From a virus: a stretch of 55,457 nt of DNA. The notes under the pieces were generated by a model. The model searched no databases, was not told the DNA's origin, and saw nothing but the letters and a program-made list of their open reading frames with translations. How positions within the stretch are numbered: the first letter of the stretch is position 1; each line of letters begins with the position of its first letter. Positions 32,555 through 42,497 of the stretch are shown in pieces. Where the stretch lies: IMG/VR virus record IMGVR_UViG_3300045988_047237, positions 1 through 55,457 of that record; one strand, written 5' to 3'. The position numbers and the translations under genes are program-made.

Positions 32555-34315
32555 ATGGCTAGTCAGAGCCTTGTTTCCACAGTAAACGGATACGAAAACT
32601 ACATAGAGCGAAATGGAATAGATGAACAAGTCATTGACGCGTACATAGAAGCCGCAAAAGTGGCCGTAAATGGCGAAAACGATATAATGTATGGCTTGCG
32701 GTTGGCAGACCGCTCTAAGGGCATAATAGAGCGTTTCTGCAAGGAAAGGACCGGCGGTAGAATACTTGACCTTGAAAAATACAGCCAACAACATGAAGAA
32801 AAATACAGCCTTGTTGATGACTATTACAAAATTCTTCTGATTGAAGCACCTTATCGTTTTGAAAGCTTCATGCTATACATGGAAAAGAACAGACCGGTAG
32901 AAGAGAGATTTTATCAGCCTAGAATAAATCCATTACGGCAGGTAGCACAGCTTATTCAAGATCTGTACGATGATGTGCTTGATGAAGGAATGGTGTTTTG
33001 CCCCGGACGAATCGGTAAGACACAAATAGTCAAAATGGGTAATCTGTGGTTCGGCTCTAACAGACCGGAACGGTCTAATCTGTATTCGGCATATTCGGAC
33101 AAAATTACGGGTGGTTACTATGACGGCATCATAGAAATGATTACAGACCCAACATACACATATGCTGAAATATATCCAAACATAGTTGAGAAAAAGTTAG
33201 TCACTGATGGAAAAGATTTGACAGTAGACCTTATCCGTAAAAAGACATACCCTACATTTACCATGCGAAGCATTTACGGAACACTGAATGGTGCTTGTGA
33301 CTGTGACGGGCTTGGAGTTTATGATGATTTATTCAGCGGTATTGATGAAGCATTGAGTGAAGACAGGCAAAATACTGTATGGGGAAAATTCGACAACAAC
33401 TTTATGCCGAGAATTAAGCCTGGAAAGGCTAAATTGTTGGGGATAGGAACACGTTGGGCGAAAAAGGACGTTCAAGGTAGACGTTTAGACCTATTACAAA
33501 ATGATCCTGAATACAAAGGCATACGGCACAGAGAGGTTATTATTCCTGCACTAAATGAAAACGGAGATAGCAATTTTGATTATCCGTATCATTTGGGATA
33601 TACAACTCTTGATTACAAAAGACGTATGGCATCTTTTGAGAACAATGACGATATGGCATCATGGTTTGCGCAGTATCAACAGGAGCCTATTGAAAGAAAA
33701 GGTCAGATGTTCAATGTCGATACGATGAATTTCTTTAATCCGGCAGAACTTGAAGGAATAAGACCTGATAGGATATTTGCAGCTAATGACCCTGCTTATG
33801 GTGGCGGTGATTTTGTATCAATGCCTATCTGCTATGAGATTGACGGAGAACATTATATCACTGATGTTGTCTACAATGACGGTGATAAGGAAATTACCAT
33901 ACCGGAAGTTACTTCACGAATGGAAAGGCATTTAGATAAATTTAATAATAAGACAGCAGAAGTCCATTTTGAGGAAACAAAGACAACATCGGCATACCGT
34001 ACAGATTGTGAAAAGATATGGGAAAAAGACGGATACCCTATTAACACAAGTCATGATCCGGCAGACAATCAGACTGCAAAAATGGATAGAATCAAAAATC
34101 ATGCTCCAGACATACGAAAACTTCATTTTGTGGACATGAAATATCAAACAAAAGAGTACAGAAAGTATTTTCAAAATATTTTGTCTGCTACTTTTGAAGG
34201 GAAAATGAAGCATGATGACGGGATAGACTCTACGGCACAATTATGTGACATGATTTACGGAAATAAAAGAATGGCAAAAGCTGAAGCTATGTTAAACCCA
34301 TTTAGGAGGTATTGA
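32555..34315 (+). CDS. terL: terminase large subunit
   Basis: Walker-A-like CPGRIGKTQ, ATPase then nuclease-domain order, C-terminal DDGIDS acidic motif. Size and position ahead of the portal gene. Confidence 0.8.
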   Translation: MASQSLVSTVNGYENYIERNGIDEQVIDAYIEAAKVAVNGENDIMYGLRLADRSKGIIERFCKERTGGRILDLEKYSQQHEEKYSLVDDYYKILLIEAPYRFESFMLYMEKNRPVEERFYQPRINPLRQVAQLIQDLYDDVLDEGMVFCPGRIGKTQIVKMGNLWFGSNRPERSNLYSAYSDKITGGYYDGIIEMITDPTYTYAEIYPNIVEKKLVTDGKDLTVDLIRKKTYPTFTMRSIYGTLNGACDCDGLGVYDDLFSGIDEALSEDRQNTVWGKFDNNFMPRIKPGKAKLLGIGTRWAKKDVQGRRLDLLQNDPEYKGIRHREVIIPALNENGDSNFDYPYHLGYTTLDYKRRMASFENNDDMASWFAQYQQEPIERKGQMFNVDTMNFFNPAELEGIRPDRIFAANDPAYGGGDFVSMPICYEIDGEHYITDVVYNDGDKEITIPEVTSRMERHLDKFNNKTAEVHFEETKTTSAYRTDCEKIWEKDGYPINTSHDPADNQTAKMDRIKNHAPDIRKLHFVDMKYQTKEYRKYFQNILSATFEGKMKHDDGIDSTAQLCDMIYGNKRMAKAEAMLNPFRRY

Positions 34316-34741
34316 ATGACGACCAAAGACTATCTCAATCAAGTAGGCAGGCTTAATCGAATGATTAACAACAAACTTATAGAAATCGCGCAGCTTAAGG
34401 AATTGGCTTGTAGTATATCAGCAATACAAACCGGAGAACGAGTTCAGACGACACCGAACTATGACAAAATAGGCACAGCATACGCCAAAATCGACGAAAT
34501 GGAACGCGAAACGGACTTATTGATAGATAAGTATATTGACACAAAAAACAACATAATTGCACAAATAAAGAATATACCTTGTGATAGACACCGAAAAGTA
34601 ATCTATTGGAGATATATTGAGCAATATAGTATACACCGGATTTCTCAATTCCTAGGCATTACGGACAGAGGATGTAAAAAGCTACACAAAAGAGCAATAG
34701 AAGAATTTGAAAAAGCAAACAAAACACAAAATATAGTATAA
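34316..34741 (+). CDS. ArpU/RinA-like or sigma region-4-like late transcription regulator (DUF1492-like)
   Basis: C-terminal R.VIYWRYIEQYSIHRISQFLGITDRGCKKLHKRAIEEF resembles a region-4 HTH. Confidence 0.55.
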   Translation: MTTKDYLNQVGRLNRMINNKLIEIAQLKELACSISAIQTGERVQTTPNYDKIGTAYAKIDEMERETDLLIDKYIDTKNNIIAQIKNIPCDRHRKVIYWRYIEQYSIHRISQFLGITDRGCKKLHKRAIEEFEKANKTQNIV

Positions 34742-34744
34742 TGC

Positions 34745-34774
34745 TTGACAGTTCACTACAATATGTTGTATAAT
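34745..34774 (+). promoter_or_regulatory. promoter preceding the structural operon
   Basis: TTGACA (34745-50), 18 nt, TATAAT (34769-74). Confidence 0.55.
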
Positions 34775-34825
34775 CGTATCGTGAAAAACTGTAAAATAAA
34801 TTATTCTTTTGGCAGCAACATAGAA

Positions 34826-34858
34826 AGCACATCACTTTTATAAGCGGTGTGCTTTTTT
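34826..34858 (+). terminator. intrinsic terminator or attenuator about 50 nt downstream of the promoter
   Basis: Stem 34826-33/34846-53 followed by tttttt. Confidence 0.6.
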
Positions 34859-34871
34859 CGTGGAGAAAATT

Positions 34872-35063
34872 ATGGAAAGTAAAACAATATATTGCCCTCG
34901 GTGTGGGCGCAAAGTCACCACATATGATGGTAAAGCTACTATAAATCTATTCGCTAAGTGCAAAAAATGTAAGAAACTTGTTATATATGACATAGAACAC
35001 GATAAGACATTATTAAAACCGCTCCCGGAACGCAGAACAAGTTCGGGAGTTACTTTTTGTTAG
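34872..35063 (+). CDS. zinc-ribbon protein (Com-like?)
   Basis: CPRCGRK...CKKCKK; ATG after ggag. Confidence 0.5.
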   Translation: MESKTIYCPRCGRKVTTYDGKATINLFAKCKKCKKLVIYDIEHDKTLLKPLPERRTSSGVTFC

Positions 35064-35072
35064 AGGTCAAAT

Positions 35073-36509
35073 ATGAACACAATGTATTTACAAGACCTTG
35101 TTAAAGGCTGCTATGGTAGAAAAATTGCATATACGAACATAGACAAGATAACACCGGATAATGTCGTTAAAGTAATCGGAAGCACTATTGGAATTTTTAA
35201 TTGGAATAGAACGATTATAAAATATCTGTGGGATTACTATAAAGGTGATCAGCCGGTGCTGTACAGGCAAAAGCTGACAAATGCGGATATAACAAATAAA
35301 ATTGTAGAAAATCACGCATATGAGATTGTCCAATTTAAGGTAGGCCAAACCTACGGCGAGCCGGTTCAGTTCATAAGCCGCAAAAATGATGAAAATATCA
35401 ATAAAGCAGTTGATATTCTCAATGATTTTATGACAGATGCTAACAAACAAGAAAAAGACATAAAAGCCGGAGAATGGCAATCCGCCACAGGAACATCGTT
35501 TAAAGCTGCTCAACCTAAAGCAGGGAAAATACCGATTAGAATTGTAGCACCTACGCCTATGAACACCTATGTTATCTATAACGAAAACACCGAAGAACCA
35601 ATACTTGCGGTGCAGGAACTCAAAGATGCAGACGGGAAACGGTATAAAATGGCTTTTTCAGACACAATGTCCTTTACTGTTGCCGATAGCAAGGTTATTA
35701 GCACTAAACTACACACATACGGCGAGGTTCCCATTGTTGAGTTTCCGAACAATCACGAAAGAATATCCGATATTGAGCTTGTTTCGGGAATGCTTGACGC
35801 AATTAATAATATGCAATCAAACAGAATGGACGGCGTGGAACAGTTTGTACAATATTGGGTTAAGTTCGTTAATTGCGAAATTGACGAAGAAAACTTTAAG
35901 AAGATGAAAGAAAGCCACGCATTGGTTGTTAAATCAATTAATAAAGATAACAGGTCCGATGTCGACATAATGACACAAGAACTTAATCAAAGTCAATGCC
36001 AAGTTGCTAAAGACGATTTATGGAATAACACATTGTCTATATTGGCAATACCAAACAAGCAAGGAAACACAGGTGGAGATACACAAGGAGCAGTAGAATT
36101 AAGAAATGGATGGGACTTTTCAAAGACAAGAGCAAAACTGAAAGACCCACTTGTTAAAACATCCGAGAAAAGACTTGCTACCGTCGCTCTTAATATTTTG
36201 CGACTTGCAGGAATTGATTTAAAACTATCGGTTACAGATTTTGATGTTCAAATAAATCACAGTCCGCAAGACAATATGTACACTAAAGCGCAAACATTGG
36301 TTGTGCTATTACAAGCCGGAATACATCCGCTTGTGGCAATTAAAACAGTTGGCCTTTGGGGCGATGCGGAAAAAACATATGTATTATCTAAACCTTATCT
36401 CGACAACCTTTACAAAACTATTAAAGACGCAGAAGAACAAGAGAAAAAGGCACAAGAGATAGTTACACAATTAAACAAACAGCAGAATAAAACAGCTACC
36501 GAGGAATAA
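35073..36509 (+). CDS. portal protein (SPP1 gp6-like)
   Basis: 478-aa ORF directly downstream of terL with the usual portal size and order. Confidence 0.8.
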   Translation: MNTMYLQDLVKGCYGRKIAYTNIDKITPDNVVKVIGSTIGIFNWNRTIIKYLWDYYKGDQPVLYRQKLTNADITNKIVENHAYEIVQFKVGQTYGEPVQFISRKNDENINKAVDILNDFMTDANKQEKDIKAGEWQSATGTSFKAAQPKAGKIPIRIVAPTPMNTYVIYNENTEEPILAVQELKDADGKRYKMAFSDTMSFTVADSKVISTKLHTYGEVPIVEFPNNHERISDIELVSGMLDAINNMQSNRMDGVEQFVQYWVKFVNCEIDEENFKKMKESHALVVKSINKDNRSDVDIMTQELNQSQCQVAKDDLWNNTLSILAIPNKQGNTGGDTQGAVELRNGWDFSKTRAKLKDPLVKTSEKRLATVALNILRLAGIDLKLSVTDFDVQINHSPQDNMYTKAQTLVVLLQAGIHPLVAIKTVGLWGDAEKTYVLSKPYLDNLYKTIKDAEEQEKKAQEIVTQLNKQQNKTATEE

Positions 36510-36614
36510 TCGGTAACTGTTTTTATTTTATAAATTTTGCAGTTGTGCGTAAAACAACAGAAATCACATGTGGAGCAACCCACGTTAATAAGCGTAGTGA
36601 CACGGAGGTAATTT

Positions 36615-37184
36615 ATGACAAGAGAACAGGCAAAACAGAACCTTATTACTATTGGAGTAGCAGAGCCGACAGACGAGCAGATAAGTAATTATCTTAATCA
36701 GGTCAACGGCGAAACCCAAAAGGAGAAAGATAAGGCAAACCAGTACAAAGCTAAAGCTGACACGGCAGACAACCTGCAGAAACAGCTTGATGAAATACAA
36801 GCCGGTAATATGACCGAACTTGATAAAGCAAATAAAGCTTTAGAGACAGCCAATAAGCAAATAGCAGACTTACAGAAGTCTAATGCTATTAGAGACTTGC
36901 GCGAAAAGGCTATGGCTGATTTTAAAGTCACAGCAGAGCAGGCAAAGTTAATTGTGAAAGAAGATGGCAGCTTTGATACAGCCGAACTTGGCAAGATTAT
37001 GTCCGAAAAAGAAACGGCCGCAGCGCAAGCGAAAGAGCAAGAAATCGCAAAACATCAGGATATTCCGGGCGGCGGCAGTAATAAAGGCGGTACGGATAAC
37101 AAGACCGAAGCTGAAAAAATAGCTGAAAGCATTATCTCTAGTGTACCTAAAGACAATGACGTTTTATCACATTATATCCAATAA
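36615..37184 (+). CDS. scaffolding protein
   Basis: Lys/Glu/Ala/Gln-rich predicted coiled coil, located between the portal and capsid genes. Confidence 0.7.
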   Translation: MTREQAKQNLITIGVAEPTDEQISNYLNQVNGETQKEKDKANQYKAKADTADNLQKQLDEIQAGNMTELDKANKALETANKQIADLQKSNAIRDLREKAMADFKVTAEQAKLIVKEDGSFDTAELGKIMSEKETAAAQAKEQEIAKHQDIPGGGSNKGGTDNKTEAEKIAESIISSVPKDNDVLSHYIQ

Positions 37185-37198
37185 CAGGAGGCAAAAAA

Positions 37199-37552
37199 AT
37201 GGCGAAAGAAATGAATATGCAGTATGAGACAACTACATATGCGGGCGATGTTCAGATTTTAAAGCGCGAACCTAACGAAGCAATCCCGCTGACACTCGAT
37301 TTCGAGGACGTAACAGAAAAAAACGCAGATGGTAAAAAGATCGTTAAAGCCGGAACACCAATCGGAAAAACCGGAAAAGCAGACAACACGGCAACCGTAG
37401 TTGGCATCTTGAGATTTGACGTGACAGAAGATAGACCACAGGGCGTACTTCTTAAGAAAGCATATCTTAACACGAAAGTGGCAGAAACACATTCCGGCGT
37501 TACATATGACGCAACAGTTAAGACAGCTCTTCCAATGATTGTATTTGAATAA
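37199..37552 (+). CDS. head-associated protein (decoration/auxiliary?)
   Basis: 117-aa ORF between the scaffold and major capsid genes. Confidence 0.45.
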   Translation: MAKEMNMQYETTTYAGDVQILKREPNEAIPLTLDFEDVTEKNADGKKIVKAGTPIGKTGKADNTATVVGILRFDVTEDRPQGVLLKKAYLNTKVAETHSGVTYDATVKTALPMIVFE

Positions 37553-37567
37553 CAGGAGGTCGAACAA

Positions 37568-38641
37568 ATGTTAATAAATGATGTATTAGATAGTAAATCT
37601 ATTGCTTTATCGGCAACAGAAGATGCTAGTAACCAGATACCATACCTTGGATTACAATGGTTTCCAGAGAGAAAGAAACAGGGACTTGACTTAAGTTGGA
37701 TTAAGACACATAAGGGCCTTCCGGTGTCACTTGCTCCATCTAATTTTGACTCTATCCCGACACTTAGAGCAAGAGAAGGATTAAGCAAAGAGAAAACACA
37801 GATGGCATTTTTCCGCGAGGGAATGACCATAGGCGAAGAGGAAATGCTTGAAATTGAGCGTATTCAGTCCGCTGATGACCCTTATCTTGCAAGCGCCTTA
37901 TCAAGTGTATATGACGATACAAACACACTTGTAAGTGGCGCAGAAGTAGTTCCGGAGCGCATGAGAATGTCACTTCTTGCGACTAATGCAGGTCATCCGG
38001 TAATTGCTATCGAGAGCGACGGCGTTCAGTATGCTTATGATTACGACAAAGACGGAACGTATGCAGCTAATCACTATGCAAAGCTTTCCGGCACAAGCAT
38101 GTGGAGTGATACAGCAAATTCAAAGCCGCTCACAGACCTTAATAACGCAAGGAAAAAACTGCAAAAGCAGGGCAAGATTGCTAGATATGTGCTTATGAAC
38201 AGCAACACATTTCAGTATCTCCTTGATAATGCGCAGATTAGGAATTCTATTCTTGCGCAGAACCTTACAGCAACAATTGAAGTTGATGATGACACAGTGA
38301 TCTCGGTAGTTCAGAAAAGAACAAAACTTACAATCGTATTATACGACAAGATGTACACTGGTGATGATGGCAAGGATCAGTACTTCTACCCAGACAACAA
38401 GGTTACGCTTCTTCCGGAAGGCAAACTCGGCAGCACTTGGTTTGGAACTACACCAGAAGAGAGAACAGCAAGGCAGGTAGCCAATGTTGACGTGACTACA
38501 TATGGCACTGGTATTACAGTTGCTACAAAGGTAGAATACGGTCCGCCTATGAAGATGTCTACGTTTGCATCGGAAGTCGTACTTCCGTCATATGAAAATA
38601 TGGACAGCACATTTGTTTATGAGGTTCATAGCGAATTGTAG
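37568..38641 (+). CDS. major capsid protein (capsid protein E-like family)
   Basis: 357 aa; position after the scaffold gene; length and sequence style of the lambda-E-like family. Confidence 0.8.
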   Translation: MLINDVLDSKSIALSATEDASNQIPYLGLQWFPERKKQGLDLSWIKTHKGLPVSLAPSNFDSIPTLRAREGLSKEKTQMAFFREGMTIGEEEMLEIERIQSADDPYLASALSSVYDDTNTLVSGAEVVPERMRMSLLATNAGHPVIAIESDGVQYAYDYDKDGTYAANHYAKLSGTSMWSDTANSKPLTDLNNARKKLQKQGKIARYVLMNSNTFQYLLDNAQIRNSILAQNLTATIEVDDDTVISVVQKRTKLTIVLYDKMYTGDDGKDQYFYPDNKVTLLPEGKLGSTWFGTTPEERTARQVANVDVTTYGTGITVATKVEYGPPMKMSTFASEVVLPSYENMDSTFVYEVHSEL

Positions 38642-38652
38642 GAGGACAGTTT

Positions 38653-38874
38653 ATGAAATACCCACATATAGTTGTTCTTAATGGCAAATGGTATAACGCA
38701 GGAGAAGAGGTTCCAGATAGCACTGGAGCCTCTTTTGAGTATAGCAAAACAGCTATAAATCGTATGTCTACAGCGGATTTACAATCTTTTGCCGTAGAAC
38801 AAGGCGTAGAAAACGCGGAAGAACTTACGGGAGCCGAACTTAAGAAACTGTTAATCGAGAAGTTAGGATTGTAG
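38653..38874 (+). CDS. hypothetical head protein
   Basis: 73-aa ORF after aggagg. Confidence 0.5.
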   Translation: MKYPHIVVLNGKWYNAGEEVPDSTGASFEYSKTAINRMSTADLQSFAVEQGVENAEELTGAELKKLLIEKLGL

Positions 38875-38883
38875 GAGCAAACA

Positions 38884-39249
38884 ATGGACGAATACACCAT
38901 ATTAGAGCAAGTCAAGATACGACTTAAACAATTTTATATTGAAGATGAAACCGGAGAAGATGTGGTTGTGTTCGACAGCAAAGAAGACAATCTGTACATC
39001 CAACAGCTGATTAAGCAGGTTGAGAATGAAATAAAGAAAAGGCGTAATTACCCTAGCAGCTACACAGAAGAGCAGATTGCGGCAGATATGGCGAATTACG
39101 AGGACGTTATTGTCAACCTTGTTGTATACGACCATTCGCAAGCCGGAGAAGCATATATGGAAACATATTCCGAGAATGGCGTAAGCCGTAAATGGACTGA
39201 ACGTAACAAGCTGATGTCAGACGTAATTCCCCTTGTTAAAGGATTATAA
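38884..39249 (+). CDS. head-tail connector (gp6-like)
   Basis: 121 aa; position and size typical of a connector. Confidence 0.6.
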   Translation: MDEYTILEQVKIRLKQFYIEDETGEDVVVFDSKEDNLYIQQLIKQVENEIKKRRNYPSSYTEEQIAADMANYEDVIVNLVVYDHSQAGEAYMETYSENGVSRKWTERNKLMSDVIPLVKGL

Positions 39250-39370
39250 GCTGTTTAACAACGCCTTTAGGGCATTAAAAGAAGATTGTGCGTGACCGTA
39301 AAGGTTGCAGGCGGCACACTTTAAGGGTGGTGGGCGGTGTGCCAACAAATAAACAGTTAGGAGATATGAA

Positions 39371-39676
39371 GTGAAAGAATTTTTATTACAGACGTATACA
39401 GTTATTCTGCCTATTTTATTAGGCTACATCGTCTGGCTCCTAAAACAGCAAAAGAAAGATAGGGATGCAAACAGCAAGGGAACAATGCTTCTTTTGCGTG
39501 TGCAACTTATCGAGTATCACGATAAGTACATGAAGTTGGGAGAAATTCCAAGCTATGCGTATGAAAACTTTGTCGAGATGTACAATGCTTATCATGCGCT
39601 TGGTGGGAATGGAATGGCAACTAAAATGTATGAAGAAATAAAAGAAATAAGATTGAAGGACGGAGGTAAGGAATGA
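39371..39676 (+). CDS. membrane protein (holin-associated?)
   Basis: GTG after aggag; N-terminal TM helix TVILPILLGYIVWLL followed by a charged region. Confidence 0.5.
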   Translation: MKEFLLQTYTVILPILLGYIVWLLKQQKKDRDANSKGTMLLLRVQLIEYHDKYMKLGEIPSYAYENFVEMYNAYHALGGNGMATKMYEEIKEIRLKDGGKE

Positions 39677-39951
39677 TGGATTTTTCACAAGTAGGAACTG
39701 TGCTTGCAATAGTAGTAATTGCATATCTTGTAGGACTTGCGGCAAAAGCCATTAAGGTAATTCCTGATAAGGCAATTCCGATAATTGTAGGAATTGTAGG
39801 CGGTATATTGGGCGTAATCGGAATGTATGTAATACCGGATTTTCCGGCAAATGATGTGCTGAATGCGATTGCGGTCGGAATTGTTTCCGGTTTGGCAAGT
39901 ACCGGCGTAAATCAGGTTTACAAGCAGGCCACAAAGAAAGACGATGCTTGA
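39673..39951 (+). CDS. holin-like protein
   Basis: 92 aa with 2-3 TM helices (VLAIVVIAYLVGL, IPIIVGIVGGILGVIGMYVI, AIAVGIVSGLASTGV) and a charged C-terminus QATKKDDA. Confidence 0.65.
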   Translation: MMDFSQVGTVLAIVVIAYLVGLAAKAIKVIPDKAIPIIVGIVGGILGVIGMYVIPDFPANDVLNAIAVGIVSGLASTGVNQVYKQATKKDDA

Positions 39952-40375
39952 AATCAATAAACAAACGATGAAATACTCCCGGCAAGGCGAGAGAGTAGAG
40001 ATATACGAAAGAGACAGCGATGGAAACATCGTGTACACGAAATACACAACCGCAGACGGTAAGCCAATACCGGTCATAAAAGATACTGTAATCGGGTATT
40101 CTGAACCGGTCACATTCCGTGCAAGCATCAATAACAAGTTATCAGAAGTCTTGATAAAGGAATTTGGTATTGATGACAGCACAAGCTATCTTCAGATAGT
40201 AACGGATAAAGGCGCGTTACCGATTAAGACCGGCGATTACATATGGAAGTCATCGGCTGTTGGCAGGGATAAAAACAACCTTGTTGACGTTACCACGGCT
40301 GATTACATTGTCAAAGGCGTAGCGGATGAGGGATTGACGGTGGACTTATTCTTGCTACAGAAGAATGTGAGGTAG
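39944..40375 (+). CDS. head closure / head-tail adaptor protein
   Basis: 143 aa; position. Confidence 0.5.
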   Translation: MLEINKQTMKYSRQGERVEIYERDSDGNIVYTKYTTADGKPIPVIKDTVIGYSEPVTFRASINNKLSEVLIKEFGIDDSTSYLQIVTDKGALPIKTGDYIWKSSAVGRDKNNLVDVTTADYIVKGVADEGLTVDLFLLQKNVR

Positions 40376-40379
40376 CAAT

Positions 40380-40910
40380 ATGCCGACAATCACAGTCAAT
40401 ATGTTTTCGCAACAATCCATTCTGAACGCCGTAAACGCCCTAAAAAGCTATTCTAATTCTCTGACGTATAAATGTCAGCTATTAGCCGAAAAACTAGCTG
40501 AAAAGGGCGTAGAAATCGCTAGAGTGCAATTAGCAGACCTTGACGCAATCTTCAAACGCGAATTGATAGAGAGTATTCATTCAGAATACGAAACATCGGT
40601 TCGCGGTGGCGGTATATGGGCGGTAGTAGCCGGAACAGACCACGCGATGTTTGTTGAGTTCGGAACCGGCACAGTCGGGCAGAGCAGTCCATACAAAGGC
40701 AAATTGCCGGACGGTGTGACTTGGCAATACGCAAGCGGTAAGACAATCAGACAGCTTACGGACGGCAGATACGGATGGTTCTATCCGGGCGATAACGGTA
40801 ATTGGTATTTTACCGAGGGTATGCCGTCAAGACCGTTTATGTACAATACGGCAAACGAACTTAAAGAGATTATTGTAAGCACAGCAAGAGAGGTGTTCGG
40901 CGATGACTAG
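40380..40910 (+). CDS. HK97 gp10-like tail/neck component
   Basis: 176 aa; sequence style and position. Confidence 0.55.
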   Translation: MPTITVNMFSQQSILNAVNALKSYSNSLTYKCQLLAEKLAEKGVEIARVQLADLDAIFKRELIESIHSEYETSVRGGGIWAVVAGTDHAMFVEFGTGTVGQSSPYKGKLPDGVTWQYASGKTIRQLTDGRYGWFYPGDNGNWYFTEGMPSRPFMYNTANELKEIIVSTAREVFGDD

Positions 40911-41319
40911 TGATAATCAGTGGGCGTATGACCTTGACAAGATAATATATTCGATTGTATCAGCAAGAGCGAAAGAACAGCTTGTTGCGAAATATCCGAC
41001 ACTGTTTGTCACGGACGAGGAAGAAACATCGTCAAACCCGCAGTTCCCGACAGTGTATATACACTCTCTGCCATCCGTGGAAGAGGGAGCAGACCTTGGC
41101 GGACAGACAATTAATGCTGTCAGAGCGACAGTGCAAGTCAAGGTAAGTACGAATAAGGATAGCAGCGATGCAAGAGAAGTAATGAGTGCTATCGCTGATA
41201 TTTTTAAAACGATGCGATTCAAAGCAATCGCGATGCCGGAAATTAAGACGTCCGGCGGAATATACAGAAGTGATGCGCGGTTCAGACGAATAATCGGCGC
41301 AAACGACACACTAACCTAA
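40903..41319 (+). CDS. tail completion protein
   Basis: 138 aa, upstream of the major tail protein gene. Confidence 0.5.
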   Translation: MTSDNQWAYDLDKIIYSIVSARAKEQLVAKYPTLFVTDEEETSSNPQFPTVYIHSLPSVEEGADLGGQTINAVRATVQVKVSTNKDSSDAREVMSAIADIFKTMRFKAIAMPEIKTSGGIYRSDARFRRIIGANDTLT

Positions 41320-41369
41320 AAGACCTTTAAGGTCTTATTTTTTTACACAAAATTAGGAGGTAAAACACA

Positions 41370-41846
41370 ATGGCATTAGCAGGAGTATCAACCCTTGGCG
41401 TGACATTTTCATACGGCGTTGAAACAACAGCCGGCACAAAACCCACAGCATTCAAGCTTTTAACCCGCATTAATTCAATTGATGAAATTACGGTTACACC
41501 GGAAGCGATAGACGCATCCGCACTTGAAGATGCACAGACGCGTAACATTGCCGGAAGAGATACCGTAACAGATACGGTGGCAGTAGGCGTAAACAAGACA
41601 GATGACACACTTAAAGAGTGGGAAGATTTGATTGCCGCTTATAAGAAGCTTGACGGCGGCAAGAGAATGTGGTTCCAGGAGATAACACCGGGCATCGCAA
41701 AAGCGGAGTTTTTCGTGGCAACACCACCTTCAAAACTTCCGATTACAAGCAAGGCACAGAATGAACTTAACATTATGACAATCAATCTTATCTTGGATGA
41801 GATGATTGGTACAGATGAAGCCGTTACCCCGACAGCGGGGGAATAG
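41370..41846 (+). CDS. major tail protein
   Basis: 158 aa after aggagg; followed by hairpins/terminator and the chaperone genes. Confidence 0.7.
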   Translation: MALAGVSTLGVTFSYGVETTAGTKPTAFKLLTRINSIDEITVTPEAIDASALEDAQTRNIAGRDTVTDTVAVGVNKTDDTLKEWEDLIAAYKKLDGGKRMWFQEITPGIAKAEFFVATPPSKLPITSKAQNELNIMTINLILDEMIGTDEAVTPTAGE

Positions 41847-42023
41847 TTAGCCATTCGACTGACAATGTGGTTAAAAAGGCTGTATCGAATGGCACAGACA
41901 CAGAAACAGCCGACTATACGCAGTACCTTAACGGTACGGAGTAACAACTGACAGAAAGGGCGGTCTACGGACTGCCCCTTTCCTATGTGTAGGACATAGG
42001 AGGAAAGGTAAAAGGTATAAACA

Positions 42024-42497
42024 ATGAAAATTATTACTGTAAAAGGCAATGAATATAAATTAGAGTTCGGCTTTGACGCGGCTGAACATAAAAACACCGT
42101 GCAGAAGATGTTCAAGGTTAAGAGCGGTGCATATATGGTTGAAGAGGGTATATCCGTTGACGGAACACCGACAGCAAGCGGAATTATTAACGGAACGGCA
42201 TCTATGGTAGGCGATATACCGGGCATCGTTAAATCAGCTTTCTATGCCGGATTGCTTGAACATCACGATATGCCGGAAGAGGATGCACACGCACTTCTTA
42301 AGGACTATATGAGGGAGAATAAGCTGTCATTCCGTGATGTGTTTATGGAACTGACAGAGTGCATGGAAACTGACGGTTTTTTCGTCCTCTCGGGCATAAC
42401 GGCGATGCTCAAGGAAGCGGAACCGGAGGAAGAGAAGAAAACAATCAAAGCCGTCAAGACACCACAAGACCACAAGAAACCGACTTCCACAAAATAA
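42024..42497 (+). CDS. tail assembly chaperone (G-like)
   Basis: Position between the major tail protein and the tape measure; contains the slippery site. Confidence 0.75.
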   Translation: MKIITVKGNEYKLEFGFDAAEHKNTVQKMFKVKSGAYMVEEGISVDGTPTASGIINGTASMVGDIPGIVKSAFYAGLLEHHDMPEEDAHALLKDYMRENKLSFRDVFMELTECMETDGFFVLSGITAMLKEAEPEEEKKTIKAVKTPQDHKKPTSTK

